Below, piece after piece: positions 11,762 through 24,399 of a DNA stretch of 64,000 bases. The notes below the pieces were generated by a model that ran no database searches, was not told the DNA's origin, and saw only the letters and a list, made by a program, of their open reading frames with translations. A program made the position numbers and the translations under genes. Source of the DNA: Chiloscyllium plagiosum (lineage: Eukaryota); contig NC_057749.1 in the NCBI RefSeq assembly GCF_004010195.1, positions 21,478,370 to 21,542,369 on the forward strand. Direction: 5' to 3'. Numbering within the stretch: the first letter of the stretch is position 1; each line of letters opens with the position of its first letter.

Positions 11762-14730
11762 ATAAAAGCAAATTACTGCGGATGCTGGAATCTGAAACCA
11801 CAAGAGAAAATGCTGGAAAATCTCAGCAGGTCTGGCAGCATCTGTAAGGAGAGAAAAGAGCTGATGTTTTGAGTCTAACTGACCCTTTGTCAAACCGGAG
11901 AAAAAGGGAGGTATTTATACTAGGCTGAGAGAAGGTGATAATGACAGTGCATAGAGAGATTATATGGAGGTTAGGAGTTGTGAATGACCAAGGCTGAAGT
12001 CAGTGCTATGTGACAAAATATATGGGGGATGGGGGAAGCAGAGGCAAAATGGAAAACAGAGGAGAAGGGTAGCAAAGGGGGAAGAGGAGAGGAAAAAGGT
12101 GATGAGAGAGTGGGGAGAGAGAGAGAGAGAGACAATCAAGAAATAAGAGGTACAGAACAGTGGAAAAAAAATACAAAAAAAATAAAATAAATGAAATAAA
12201 ATTACAGAGCAGAATGAAAACAGAGGTCGAGATGGGATAATCATCTGAAGTTGTTGAATTCAGTGTGGAGACCGGCAGGCTGTAACGTGCCTAGGCGGAA
12301 GATGAGATGCTGTTCCTCCAGTTTGCGTTGAACTTCACTGGAACACTGCAGCAGGCCAAGGACAGACACGTGGGCATGGGAGCAGGATTGTGTGTTGAAG
12401 AGGCAAGCCACGGGAAGGTCCGGGACCTGATTGCGTACAGACCGAAGGCGCTCAGCAAAGCGATCACGCAGTCGGCGTTTTGTCTCTCCAATATAGAGGA
12501 GAGACGATGTGGGCGGCAAGGTGGCACAGTGGTTAGCACTGCTGCCTCACAGTGCCAGAGACCCAGGTTCAATTCCCGCCTCAGACGAACTCTCTGTGTG
12601 GAGTTTGCACGTTCTCCCCGTGTCTGTGTGGGTTTCCTCCGGGTGCTCCGGTTTCCTCCCACAATCCAAAAATGTGCAGGTTAGGTGAATTGGCCATGCT
12701 AAATTGCCCGTAGTGTTAGGTGAAGGGGTAATTGTAGGAGAATGGGTCTGGGTGGGTTACGCTTCGGCGGGTCGGTGTGGACTTGTTGGGCCGAAGGGCC
12801 TGTTTCCACACTGTAAGTAATCTAATCAGGAGACCACGTTGGGAGGCAACGAGTGCAATAGACCAACTTGAAAGAGGTACAAATGAAATGCTGCTTAATC
12901 TGAAATGAGTGTTTGGGACCTTGGATGGTGAACATGGAAGAGGTAAAGGGACAGGTGTTGCACCTTGCATGGGAAGGTGCCGTGTGTGATGGGAGAGGTG
13001 TTCGGTGTGATGGAGGAGTGGGCTAGGTTGTCCTGGAGGGAACGATCTCTGAGGAATGCAAACAGGGGAGGGAAGGGAAGATGTGTTTAGTGGTGGTGTC
13101 GTGTTGGACTTGGTGAAAATGGCGGTGGATTATTCTTTGTATGTGAAGGCTGGTGGGATGAAAGGTGAGAACAAGAGGGACCCTATCCTTGTTCTGGGAG
13201 GGGGAGGGGGGGGGGGTGAGGGTTGTGGCGCGGGAGATGGACCGCACACTGTCGAGAGCCCTGTCAACAACTGTAGGTGGGGAAGCCACGGTTGGAGAAG
13301 AAGGAGCACACATTAAGAGCACCACTTTGGAAAGTGGCCTCATCAGAACAAATGTGGTGGAGGTGAAGGAACTGAGAGAAAGGGATAGAGTCCTTACAGG
13401 ATGTAGGGTGAGAAGAGCTGTGGTCCAGATAGCTGTGGGAGTCAGTGGGCTTGTAATGGATATTAGTGGATAGACTATTGCCGGAGTCAAGGAAAGGAAG
13501 AAGGGCCTGTGCCCTTCCTGAAGAAGGGCCTGTGCCCGAAACGTCGAATCTCCTGTTCCCTGGATGCTGCCTGACCTGCTGTGCTGTTCCAGCAATAAAG
13601 TTTCAACTTTGATCTCCAGCATCTGCAGACCTCACTTTCTCCTCAAGGAAAGGAAGGCAAGGGTCGGCGATGGACCAGGTGAAGGTGATGGAGGGATGGA
13701 AACTGGGAGCGAAGTTTATGAATTTTTCCAGGTCAGGACGAGAGCATGAAGCCGCACCAAAATAGTCATCGATGTACCGATAAAGCAGTTGTGGGAGGGG
13801 ACCCAGGTAGGCCTGGAACAAGAAATGTTCCACATACCCCATGAAAAGGCAGGCATAGCTATGTCCCATGTGGGTACCCATTGCTACATCTTTGATTTGG
13901 AGAAAATGGGATGAGTTGAAGGAGAAGTTGTTGAGAGCGAGAACAAGTTCAGCCAGGAGGAGGAGAGTAGTGGTAGATGGAGGTATTATAGGAAGGATGT
14001 GGGTGCAGAGGATACTTACTAGGATGTTCCCTGTTATGGAGGGAAGGTCTTATGAGGAACGTCTGAGGGACTTGAGGATGTTTTCACTGGAGAGAGGTGA
14101 CAAAATATGTGGGGGATGGGGGGGGGATGAGTTGGCAATGTTCCAGTGAAGCTCAACGTAAACTGGAGGAACAGCATCTCATCTTCCGACTAGACACGTT
14201 ACAGCCTGCCGGTCTCAACATTGGATTCAACAACTTCAGATGGTTATCCCATCTCGACTCCTCTGCTTTCATTCTGCTCTGTAATTTTATTTCATTTATT
14301 TTATTTCTCTTCTTTTTTTGTATTTTTTTTTCACTGTTCTGTACCTCTTATTTCTTGATTGTCTCTCTTTCTCTCGCTCCCCACTCTCTCATCACCTTTT
14401 TCCTCTCCTCTTCCCCCTTTGCTACCCTTCTCGCCTGTTTTCCATTTTGCCTCTGCTTCACCCATTCACCCCCCCATCCCCCATCCCCCACATATTTTGT
14501 CACATAGCACTGACTTCAGCCTTGGTCATTCACAGCTCCTAACCTCCCTATAATCTCTCTATGCACTGTCATTATCACCTTCTCTCAGCCTAGTATAAAT
14601 ACCTCCCTATTTCTCCCTTTTTTTTAGCTTTAACAAAGGGTCAGTTAGACTCAAAACGTCAGCTCTTTTCTCTCCATACAGATGCTGCCAGACCTGTTAA
14701 GATTTTCCAGCATTTTCTCTTTTGGTTATA
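11762..14730 (-). mobile_element. Penelope-like element (RT + GIY-YIG endonuclease) with inverted terminal repeats; SINE at 12511-12827 and pLTR fragment at about 13500-13645 inserted
   Basis: RT MGTHMGHSYACLFMGYVE...RYIDDYFG (13603-13881); GIY-YIG LLYIGETKRRLRDRFAE...RKLEEQHLIFRLGTLQPAGL (12241-12505); 14137-14727 is an inverted copy of about 11795-12350. Confidence 0.9.
13515..13548 (+). ncRNA. Minimal type I hammerhead ribozyme motif in a pLTR
   Basis: TTC-CTGAAGA-aGGGCctgtGCCC-GAAA-CGTC-GAA; palindromic ACGU, GUC cleavage triplet. Confidence 0.65.
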
Positions 14731-15486
14731 GCTACATGCTTTTTACCTCTCTCCTATTTTGAATTGAGGAGCCAGAGTGACAGTTTTCCAATCCTCTGGA
14801 ACTTCTCAGAATTCAAAGAGCTTAGAAAAATTACAACCACTCCACTCATCAGCTCTGTAATTCCTACCTTTAGGATCCTATGTTGCAAGGCACAGGGCTA
14901 GGGGACTTACCTGTCTTTAGCTCCATTAGTTTGTCTAACACCATCGCTCCAGTGATGGTAATGATACATAATTAACCATGCCTGGCATTCAGAGTCTTTA
15001 CTCATCTTGGCTCTGTCTCCAGTCACACTGCTGCCAGGCATATTGGCACCATCCAACAATTAACACCGCATTTTCAAACTGGATACACCTACCTCCCACA
15101 GCTTGGTTTCTCTCAAATTGTGATCTAATCATATTTATCCCATTATGCTTATTTGTTTCTATAAGACACTTAAAATGATTCACACGAGTTTAAATTTTGA
15201 ATGCTCTTTCAGGAAGCTGAAGGGGGAATTAGCTGTATTTTACGCTGCATTTTCCGTAGAAACGTGGACGATAAGAGCAGGATGAGGTCATTCGGCCCCT
15301 CCAGCCTGCTCCACCATTCAATATGATCATGGCTGATCATCAAGCTCTATACACTGACCCCATCCTCTCCTCATATCCCATGATCCTTTATGCACAAGAA
15401 CTCCTTCTTGAAAACATAATGTCTTGGCCTCAACCACTTTCTGTGGTAGTGAATCCCCACAGGCTTTGGGTGAAGACATTTTTTTT

Positions 15487-15800
15487 TAGATTAGATTACA
15501 TTACAGTGTGGAAACAGGCCCTTTGGCCCAACAAGTCCACACCAACCCGCCGAAGCGAACCTACCCATACCCCTACATTTACCCCTTACCTAACACGTTG
15601 GGCAATTTAGTATGGCCAATTCACCTGACCCTGCACATCTTTGGACTGTGGGAGGAAACCGGAGCACCCGGAGGAAACCCACGCAGACACGGGGAGAACG
15701 TGCAAACTCCACACAGTCAGTCGCCTGAGGCGGGAATTGAACCCGGATCTCTGGCGCTGTGAGGCAACAGTGCTAACCACTGTGCCACCGTGCCGCCCAC
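15487..15800 (-). mobile_element. Full-length HE1-type V-SINE
   Basis: Intact A/B boxes, V-domain and TAATC tail. Confidence 0.9.
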
Positions 15801-15867
15801 AACGTACATGATCGACGTACATGGTCAATTTCTCCTCATCTCAGTTCTCAAAGGTTTACCCCTTATC

Positions 15868-17710
15868 ATAGAACATAGAACATTCCAGCGCAGTACAGGC
15901 CCTTCGGCCCTCGATGCTGTGCAGACCTGTGGAACCAATTTGAGGCCTATATATCCTGGACTATTCCATTTTCATCCATATGTTTATCCGATGACCATTT
16001 AATTACACTTAAACTTGGCAAGCCGACCACTATTGCAGGCAGTCCATTCCATGCCCATACTGCTCCAAGAGTATAGAAATTACCCATGACATCTGTCCAA
16101 TATTTATCAGCCCTCAATTTAAAGCTATGCCCCCTCATGCTAGCCATCACCACCTGAGGAAAAAGGCTCTCACTGTCCACCCTACCTAAATCTCTGACTA
16201 TCTTGTACGTCTCAATTAGGTCACCTCTCAACCTTCTTCTCTCTAATGAAAACATCCTCAAGTCCCTCAGCCTTTCCTCATAAGACCTTCCTTCCATACC
16301 AGGGAACATCCTAGTAAGTATCCTCTGCACCCTTTCCAAAGCTTCCACATCCTTCCTATAATATGGCGACCAGAACTCCAAGTGCGGCCGCACCAGAGTT
16401 TTGTACAGCTGTAGCATGACCTCGTGGCTCCGAAACTCAATCCCTTTACCAATAAAAGCTAGCACACCGTATACCTTCTTAACATCCCTCTCAACCTGGG
16501 TGGCAACTTTCAGGGATCGACGTACATGGTCATAGATGTCTCTACTCATGTACACTACCAAGAATCTTACCATGAGTCCAGATCTCTGCATTCCTGTTAC
16601 TCCTTCCGAAGTGAATCACCTCACACTTATCCGCATTAAACTCCATTTGCAACCTCTCAGCCCAACTCTGCAGCTTATCTATGTCCCTCTGTAACCTGCA
16701 ACATCCTTCAGCACTATCCACCACTCCACCGACCTTATTGTCATCCGCAAATTTACTAACCCATCCTTCTACGCCCTCATCATTATAAAAATGACAAACA
16801 GCAGTGGCCCCAAAACAGATCCTTGCAGTACAACACTGGTAACTGAACTCCAGGATGAACATTTCTCATCAACCACCACCCTCTGTCTTCTTTCAGCTAG
16901 CCAATGTCTGATCCAAGCCGTTAAATCACCCTCAATCCCATGCCTCCGTATTTTGTGCAAAAGCCTACCATGGAGAACCTTATCAAACGCCTTATTCTTA
17001 AAGTATGACCCCTGCGTCTAGTCTCTCCCACCACTGGGTCACACTTTTTCATCTGTCTAGAATTGTTATCGGTTTCAATGAGCTTCACACTCTCATTCTT
17101 CTTAACTCCAGTGAATACGATCTTAACTGACTCCATCTCTCCTCATTCATCAGTGCTGCCATCCCAGGAATCCATTCGGTAAATCTCCCTCTGTAGCAAG
17201 AACATCCCTCCACAGATAAGGAGGCCAAAACTGCACACAATACTCCAGGTGTGGCCACGCTATTGTCCTGTATAACAGCAGCAAAACATCCTTGTTCCTG
17301 TATTCTAACCCTCTTGCTATGAAAGCCGTCATGCAATTTATCTTCTTTATCGCTTGCTTCCTTTCAGTGACTGATGTACAAGGACACCCAGGTCCTGTTG
17401 AACATTCCCCTCTCTCAATCTACAGCCACTCAAATAATAATCTGCCTTCCTCTTTCTCCTAACAAAGTGGACAATCTCACATTTATCCACATCATATGGC
17501 ACGTGCCATGCATTTGCCCACTCACCCGACCTCTCTGATCACACTGCAACACCTCTGCATCCTTTTCGCAGCTCACCCTCTGACCCACCTTTGTGTCATC
17601 TGCAAATTTGAAGATATTACATTTAGTTCCCTCATGTCAATCATTGATATATATTGTGAATAGCTGGGGTCCTAGCATCAATCTCTTTGGTACCTCACTA
17701 CTTACTTTCT
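15868..17710 (-). mobile_element. Two CR1 LINE RT/3' fragments, one nested in the other
   Basis: [42 protein letters not shown] motifs. Confidence 0.9.
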
Positions 17711-20189
17711 GCATTCAGCAGACCACCAATTCATTACTTTTTTTAAAATCAATTTGAGGGGTGTGGGTGTTGCTGACTGGGCCAGCATTAGTTGCCCGTT
17801 CCTAGTTGCCCTCGGGTAGGTGGTGATGAACTGCCTTCTTGAACCGCTGCAATCCACCCAGGGAGAGGAGTCTAGGATTTTGACCCAGCGACAGTGGAGG
17901 AACGGTGATATATTTCCAAGTCAAGATGGTAAGTGACTTAGAGGAGAACTTGTTCCCATGTATCTGTGGTCCCTGTCCTTCTAGGTGGAAGTGGTCGTGG
18001 ATTTGGAAGGTGCTGTCCAATGAAATTTGGTGAATTTCTGCAGTACATCTTGTAGATAGTATCAGTTTCATTTCTTTAATGAGACTTTGTAGTGATTGAT
18101 TCAACCAAATGGCTTGCAAGGCCACTTCAGAGGATAGTTAAGAGTCAAAGACATTGCTGTAGGCCTGGTATCACATGCAGGCCTGGTCAGGTAAGGAAGG
18201 CAGATTTCCTTCGATTATTAGGACATCAGTGGACTAGAAGGCAACAAATGGCAATGGCTCTTTGGTTATCAGGAGATTCTTAATTCCAGATTTTTAAAAT
18301 TGAATTCAAATTCTACAGGCTGCTGTGGTGGGATTCAAACCCAGGTTCCCAGAACATTCGTTAAGTTTCCGGAATAATCGTCCTGTGACAATACCACTGG
18401 GACATCACCTCCTCAATACGCCATCAGGGCCATTTCGGGAGGCTTTCTATCAAGGTGAGTGCAGTGAGCCAGGAAATGGCACTCACTGTCTTGGTAGCAA
18501 ACATCTAGGCCAGAGAAATGGTGGGCCTGAAAACCTCAGTACGCCACCTTCCCCAACTCCCACCCCATCCCCACCCCACCCCACCCCGCAACCCACTACT
18601 TAAACAATGGGGAAAATGGAGTGGAGTCAGTCTCAGGTTAGCGATGGTGGGAAAGTGGGTGGTAAATAATTTGGGGCTGAGCTGAGGAGAAATTCCTCCA
18701 CTCTGAGGGCTGACAGTTTTTCAACTTCTCTATCCCGGTGGGGTGAGGACGCTCCGTCAGTGAATATATCTCAGGCTGGGAAAATCAGGTCTCTGATCTC
18801 TCAGGAAATGAGCAGGAGGCGAGGAAGTGCAGCCACCGATCGTATGGAATAAGCAGACGGTACAGGGGCTGAGGGCTGACTCGTATTTCCCAAACACCAA
18901 AGTAGAAGAGCGAAAACAAACTTGGTCACTTTGAATCTCACTTTTCACGTGTTAATCAAAACCGAGAGGGGGCAATGATGACCTTGTGGTATAATCACCG
19001 GACTATTAATCCAGCAAGGCAGAAGTGGGGACTGCAGTTGCTGGAGATTAGAGTCATGATTAGAGAGGTGCTGGAAAAGCACAGCAGGTCAGGCAGCATC
19101 CGAGGAGCAGGATTTTTCTGCTCCGCGGATGCTGCCTGACCCGCTGTGCTTTCCCAGCACCACTCTAATCTTGACTATTAATCCAGAAACCCAGATAATG
19201 TTCTAGAGGCACAGGTTCAAATCCCATCATGGCAAATGGTGGAAATTGAATCCAATTTTAATAAAGTTTGGAATTAAGTATCTATGATGACCATGAATCC
19301 ATCAGGAGAAAGTAAACCCATCCATTTCACTAATGTATGTTAGGGAAGGAAACTGCCATCCTTACCTGGTGTGGCCTCCATGTGACTCCAGACCAACAGC
19401 TAACGTGGTTGACTCTTAACTGCCCCCTGGGCAATTAGGGATGGACAGTAAATGCTGACCTAGCCAATGACGCCCACGTTAATGGGTATAAAAAGAGTCT
19501 GGGAAAGGATGGAACAGCAGGGTTGATGCTGCGATGTGTAATGTCTGAAGATATAGACCGTAATAGACTGTAATCTGGTGCTGGGTGATTTTTAACTTTG
19601 TCCACCCCAGTCCAACACCGACTCCTGCACATCATGTTCTTCAATAGGATCGCCATGCTGTTTACATTAAAACGGATTTGATCGACAAAGATAGAGCTGT
19701 AGCTCGGTCCTCCTAGTCGATTGTAAGTCTGTATCATTTGTCAGAGCTTGTGCACAGCACTAAACAGTGGCATACGCAGCCAGTAAAAAGGAACACAATG
19801 CCACCAGAATTCGGGATCAGTACAAGTTGTAATCAGCTGACTGAAGGCTATTTGAAGCGACAGACGATGCTGTTTTTGAACGCTGGCCTTCCTTTTTCCA
19901 AATTCTACTTCCTCTCCAACTCAAGTGCACCCATCTTGTCAGCGCATGCCCAGCTTCCGGAGCAGGAGCAGAAGGTCAAAATCTCAAAAAGCTGGCCCAA
20001 GAGTTCAGCTGCTAACCGACAAGGCAGATGGAATGTTGCCCTTTATTTCAAATGGAATGGAGTTTAAAAAAATAGGGTGTTTTGCTAAAAGTATACCAGG
20101 CACACGTCAGATCGCACCCAGTGTACTATGACCAGCTGTACTGCCTTTGGAAGCAGTCCAGGGAGGTTTTACTTGGTTGATCCCAAGTA

Positions 20190-20390
20190 TGAAATGTGTT
20201 GCTGGAAAAGCGCAGCAGGTCAGGCAGCATCCAGGGAACAGGAGAATCGACGTTTCGGGCATAAGCCCTTCTTGCGCTTATGCCCGAAACGTCGATTCTC
20301 CTGTTCCCTGGATGCTGCCTGACCTGCTGCGCTTTTCCAGCAACACATTTCCAGCTCTGATCTCCAGCACCTGCAGTCCTCACTTTCTCC
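20190..20390. mobile_element. Palindromic PLE-terminal-repeat mini-element
   Basis: Two inverted copies of the GCTGGAAAAGCGCAGCAGGTCAGGCAGCATCC...TTCGGGCATAAG unit, flanked by TSD CCCAAGTATGAAA. Confidence 0.85.
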
Positions 20391-20424
20391 CCAAGTATGA
20401 AAGCATTGTCTTATGAGTGTGAGG

Positions 20425-21945
20425 TGTTGTGTTATAGGTGTGTTAACTAACTCACTCAACAGCTCAATATATTCAATAATATCACGTTCCCATTCATTCA
20501 TACCCTGTCACTAACTTGTTGTTTATTATAACATGTTTTCATTCATTCATTCATAAAACCACATTTTTTGTCATGCATTTTACCATGGCATGATAGACTA
20601 ATTAAAACATTACTTCCAAACCCATTACTGCTCCTCCTTCACACTTTCAACCTTTATCAGACCTAGTTACATCAAAAGCCATCTCTGAATAAATATCAAA
20701 GACTACTAACCTATTCAAAAACAATACCCCCACCATCATAATAGTGTCTCCATGGCCCACCTAAAATTATGGAAAAATTAGAATATTCATCAGCCCTTAC
20801 CAACTGCCTCTCAGGACCTGAATAGGTTGCAGAACATCAGAGTTTCCCCAACTGGTATGTACTTGTTAAATACGTTAAACAGGGCAGCTACCCCCTTTAC
20901 TGTGGAGGCACCGGTATTGAACTGGGGTGGACAAAGTTAAACATCACACAACTCCAGGTTATAGTCCAACAGGTTTGTTTCAAAGTACTAACTTTCAGAG
21001 CACTGCTCCTTTATCACGCAACTCTGAAACAGGATCACAGGACACAGGATTTATAGTATAAAATCACAGTGCAACTTCTATGATATATTGAACAAACCTA
21101 GATTGCTGTTAGGTTTAGAATGGGGTGCAGGTTTCGGCTCATTAATATGTAACTCCCAGAACTTCTTTCGAATCATATTCTCGAGATAAAACAAAAGGTG
21201 ACATCTCAGCTCAGGTAATGTATTAAAGGTGTGAGGTTAGAGTCTGTCTGTATCCCAATCTTGAGTCAGACTGGTTCGATTTCTAAAGTAGGAATTTATA
21301 AAATGTCACATGGTTTTGCTGCTTGCAGATTGTGTGCTTTTTGAACAAAATTGAGTGTATCTGCAATCATAATTCTGCAAATGGAAATTCACCTCGTAGA
21401 TATATACGTGTGTCTGTGTGTATGTGAGGGAGGGAGAGAGAGAGTGTGTGTGAGTGCGTGTGGGAGTGTCTGTATGCCTCTCAGAAGGTAAGTGTGTGTA
21501 TATGAGGCACCCTCTCTCATACACACGCTCTCTCAGACACATACACCTACAACCCACAATACGTGTACACACGCAAACACATACACACTCACACTCTCTC
21601 TCTCTCACACACACATGCACACTCTCTCTCCCTCCCTCTTACACATACACGCAGACACAAATATATATCTATGGGGTGAATTTCCGTTTACAGAATTGTT
21701 TAAACCGAATGTTTAAACCATCTCCTGTTTCCCCAGGACAGATGTCATCCAAATCTTGTAAACAACAGATAAAACGATGTAACACCATAGTGTTAGAATT
21801 TTAATATGTGGGTATAAAGAGGCGAACGTAAGATCTGCATTTTGGGATTCCATTGCTGCCTTGAACTGTGCTACTGCGGTAGCTGAATAAAGAGGGTATT
21901 TTCACCACTCACCAACTTCGGTCTTTAGTTGAATATGATCCGACG
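20425..21945 (+). mobile_element. Solo LTR inserted in a CR1, itself carrying a PLE-type insertion (about 20905-21705)
   Basis: TGTTG...CGACG termini; 5-bp TSD TGAGG (20420-24, 21946-50); TATAAA at about 21814 and AATAAA at about 21886; the CR1 resumes seamlessly. Confidence 0.65.
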
Positions 21946-22189
21946 TGAGGAAAGGCTGAGTAGCTGGGAATGGACTCATTGGAATTTACAAGAATGAGAA
22001 TTGGCCTTATTGAAACATACAAGATTCTGAGAAGACTTGGCAGATGCTGAAAGGTGGTGTCCCCTTGTGTGACAGTCTGGGACCACTTGGTGTAAACACT
22101 GAGTAAAGGCCGCCCATTAGAGACAAATCAGGTGAGCAATCCTCACTCTAATAGTTGTGAATCTGCGTGGAGTTGATGCTGGACAGGGG

Positions 22190-23570
22190 CTGGCGTGGGG
22201 AAGTAGTCCCAGAGCAGTGGCCAGGGTGGGGAAGTAGTCCCAGAGCAGTGGCCAGGGTGGGGAAGTAGTCCCAGAGCAGCAGCCAGCGTGGGGAAGTAGT
22301 CCCAGTGCAGTGGCCAGCGTGGGGAAGTAGTCCCAGAGCAATGGCCAGCGTGGGGAAGTAGTCCCAGAGCAGCAGCCAGCGTGGGGAAGTAGTCCCAGAG
22401 CAGCAGCCAGCATGGGGAAGTAGTCCCAGTGCAGTGGCCAGCGTGGAGAAGTAGTCCCAGTGCAGTGACCAGCGTGGGGAAGTAGTCCCAGAGCAGTGAC
22501 CTGCTGCGCTTTTCCAGCAACACATTTCCAGCTCTGATCTCCAGCACCTGCAGTCCTCACTTTCTCCCCAAGTATGAAAGCATTGTCTTATGAGTGTGAG
22601 GTGTTGTGTTATAGGTGTGTTAACTAACTCACTCAACAGCTCAATATATTCAATAATATCACGTTCCCATTCATTCATACCCTGTCACTAACTTGTTGTT
22701 TATTATAACATGTTTTCATTCATTCATTCATAAAACCACATTTTTTGTCATGCATTTTACTATGGCATGATAGACTAATTAAAACATTACTTCCAAACCC
22801 ATTACTGCTCCTCCTTCACACTTTCAACCTTTATCAGACCTAGTTACATCAAAAGCCATCTCTGAATAAATATCAAAGACTACTAACCTATTCAAAAACA
22901 ATACCCTCACCATCATAATAGTGTCTCCATGGCCCACCTAAAACTATGGAAAAATTAGAATATTCATCAGCCCTTACCAACTGCCTCTCAGGACCGCAGC
23001 AGCCAGCGTGGGGAAGTAGTCCCAGAGCAGTGACTGGCGTGGGGAAGTAGTCCTAGAGCAGCGGCCAGGGTGGGGAAGTAGTCCCAGAGCAGTGACTGGC
23101 GTGGGGAAGTAGTCCCAGAGCAGTGACTGGCGTGGGGAAGTAGTCCTAGAGCAGCGGCCAGCGTGGGGAAGTAGTCCCAGAGCAGTGACTGGCGTGGGGA
23201 AGTAGTCCCAGAGCAGCGGCCAGGGTAGGGAAGTAGTCCCAGAGCAGCGGCCAGGGTGGGGAAGTAGTCCCAGAGCAGTGACCAGCATGGGGAAGTAGTC
23301 CCAGAGCAGCAGCCAGCGTGGGGAAGTAGTCCCAGAGCAGTGACTGGCGTGGGGAAGTAGTCCCAGAGCAGCGGCCAGCGTGGAGAAGTAGTCCCAGAGC
23401 AGTGAATGGCGTGGGGAGGTAGTCCCAGAGCAGTGACCGGTGTGGGGAGGTAGTCCCAGAGCAGTGACCGGTGTGGGGAGGTAGTCCCAGAGCAGCGACC
23501 AACATGAGCTAGTTCCAGAGCAACAATCAATGTGGAAAAGTAGTTCCCTAGCAGAAACTAACATGGGGAG
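22190..23570. repeat. 31-bp minisatellite (GCGTGGGGAAGTAGTCCCAGAGCAGTGGCCA)n split by a 500-bp duplicated segment
   Basis: About 10 units at 22193-22500 and about 18 units at 22995-23560; 22497-22995 copies 20320-20818. Confidence 0.95.
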
Positions 23571-24399
23571 GTAATCCTGGGGCAGCGGCTAGTGCAGGGA
23601 ACAATCCTGGAGTAGGAGCTGGTGCAAGGAGCAAGCCTGAGGGGGAGCAGTCCTCGCCCTTACCTTGGAGCAGCTGAGAGCCGGAATGGAGTGGACTGGA
23701 CGTCTGGAGTGGCGCAGGGACGGTTGTTGGACTGGTGTTTGGTGCGGGTGGTCAGACCATATGATTAAACCCTGTGCTGAGCTACTGCAAAGTCAGGTTT
23801 ATGTGTCATTTGTTTATCTGACTGTAATGTCAATGCTTTGACTATATCTTATTTCTAACTTATTCTTTCAACACTGTAAAGTAATGCAACAAATGTTATT
23901 TTTCTTCCTCTTTTGTATCTGAGATTTGTACCTCAGTACTTGTTCCTAAGATGGTGCCGTAGGAGGTGACATTGTAAGACATTTCACAGTACTCCTGTAC
24001 TTCTGTACTTGAGTGCACATGACAATAAAGGATATTCTATTCTATTAAGAATATTCAACACTGAGATAGACTGATTTTTAATCATTAAGGGATTATGGAG
24101 AAAATGCAGGAAAGTGGAGTTGAGGATTATTAGATCAGCCATGATCTCATTGAATGATGGAGCAGACACAATGGATAGGAAGGGTTTGGAGGGATATGGG
24201 CCGGGTGCTGGCAGGTGGGACTAGATTGGGTTGGGATATCTGGTTGGCATGGACCGGTTGGACCGAAGGGTCTGTTTCCGTGCTGTACATCCCTGACTCT
24301 ATGACTGAATGCCTACTAGTCTGCCTCTGTTTTATAGTCTAGGACTGTCTTAAGATTCAAAAAGAGCATCAGATGGTTGAATTAGGACATACAAACCAG

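Noticed and set aside
22117..23564. Long ORFs in all three minus frames (LLWDYFPTLA repeats)
   Set aside because: Artefact of a stop-free 31-bp unit cycling through frames.
22190..23570. CRISPR-like regular repeat array
   Set aside because: Units are head-to-tail with no unique spacers, there are no cas genes and the context is vertebrate; it is a minisatellite.
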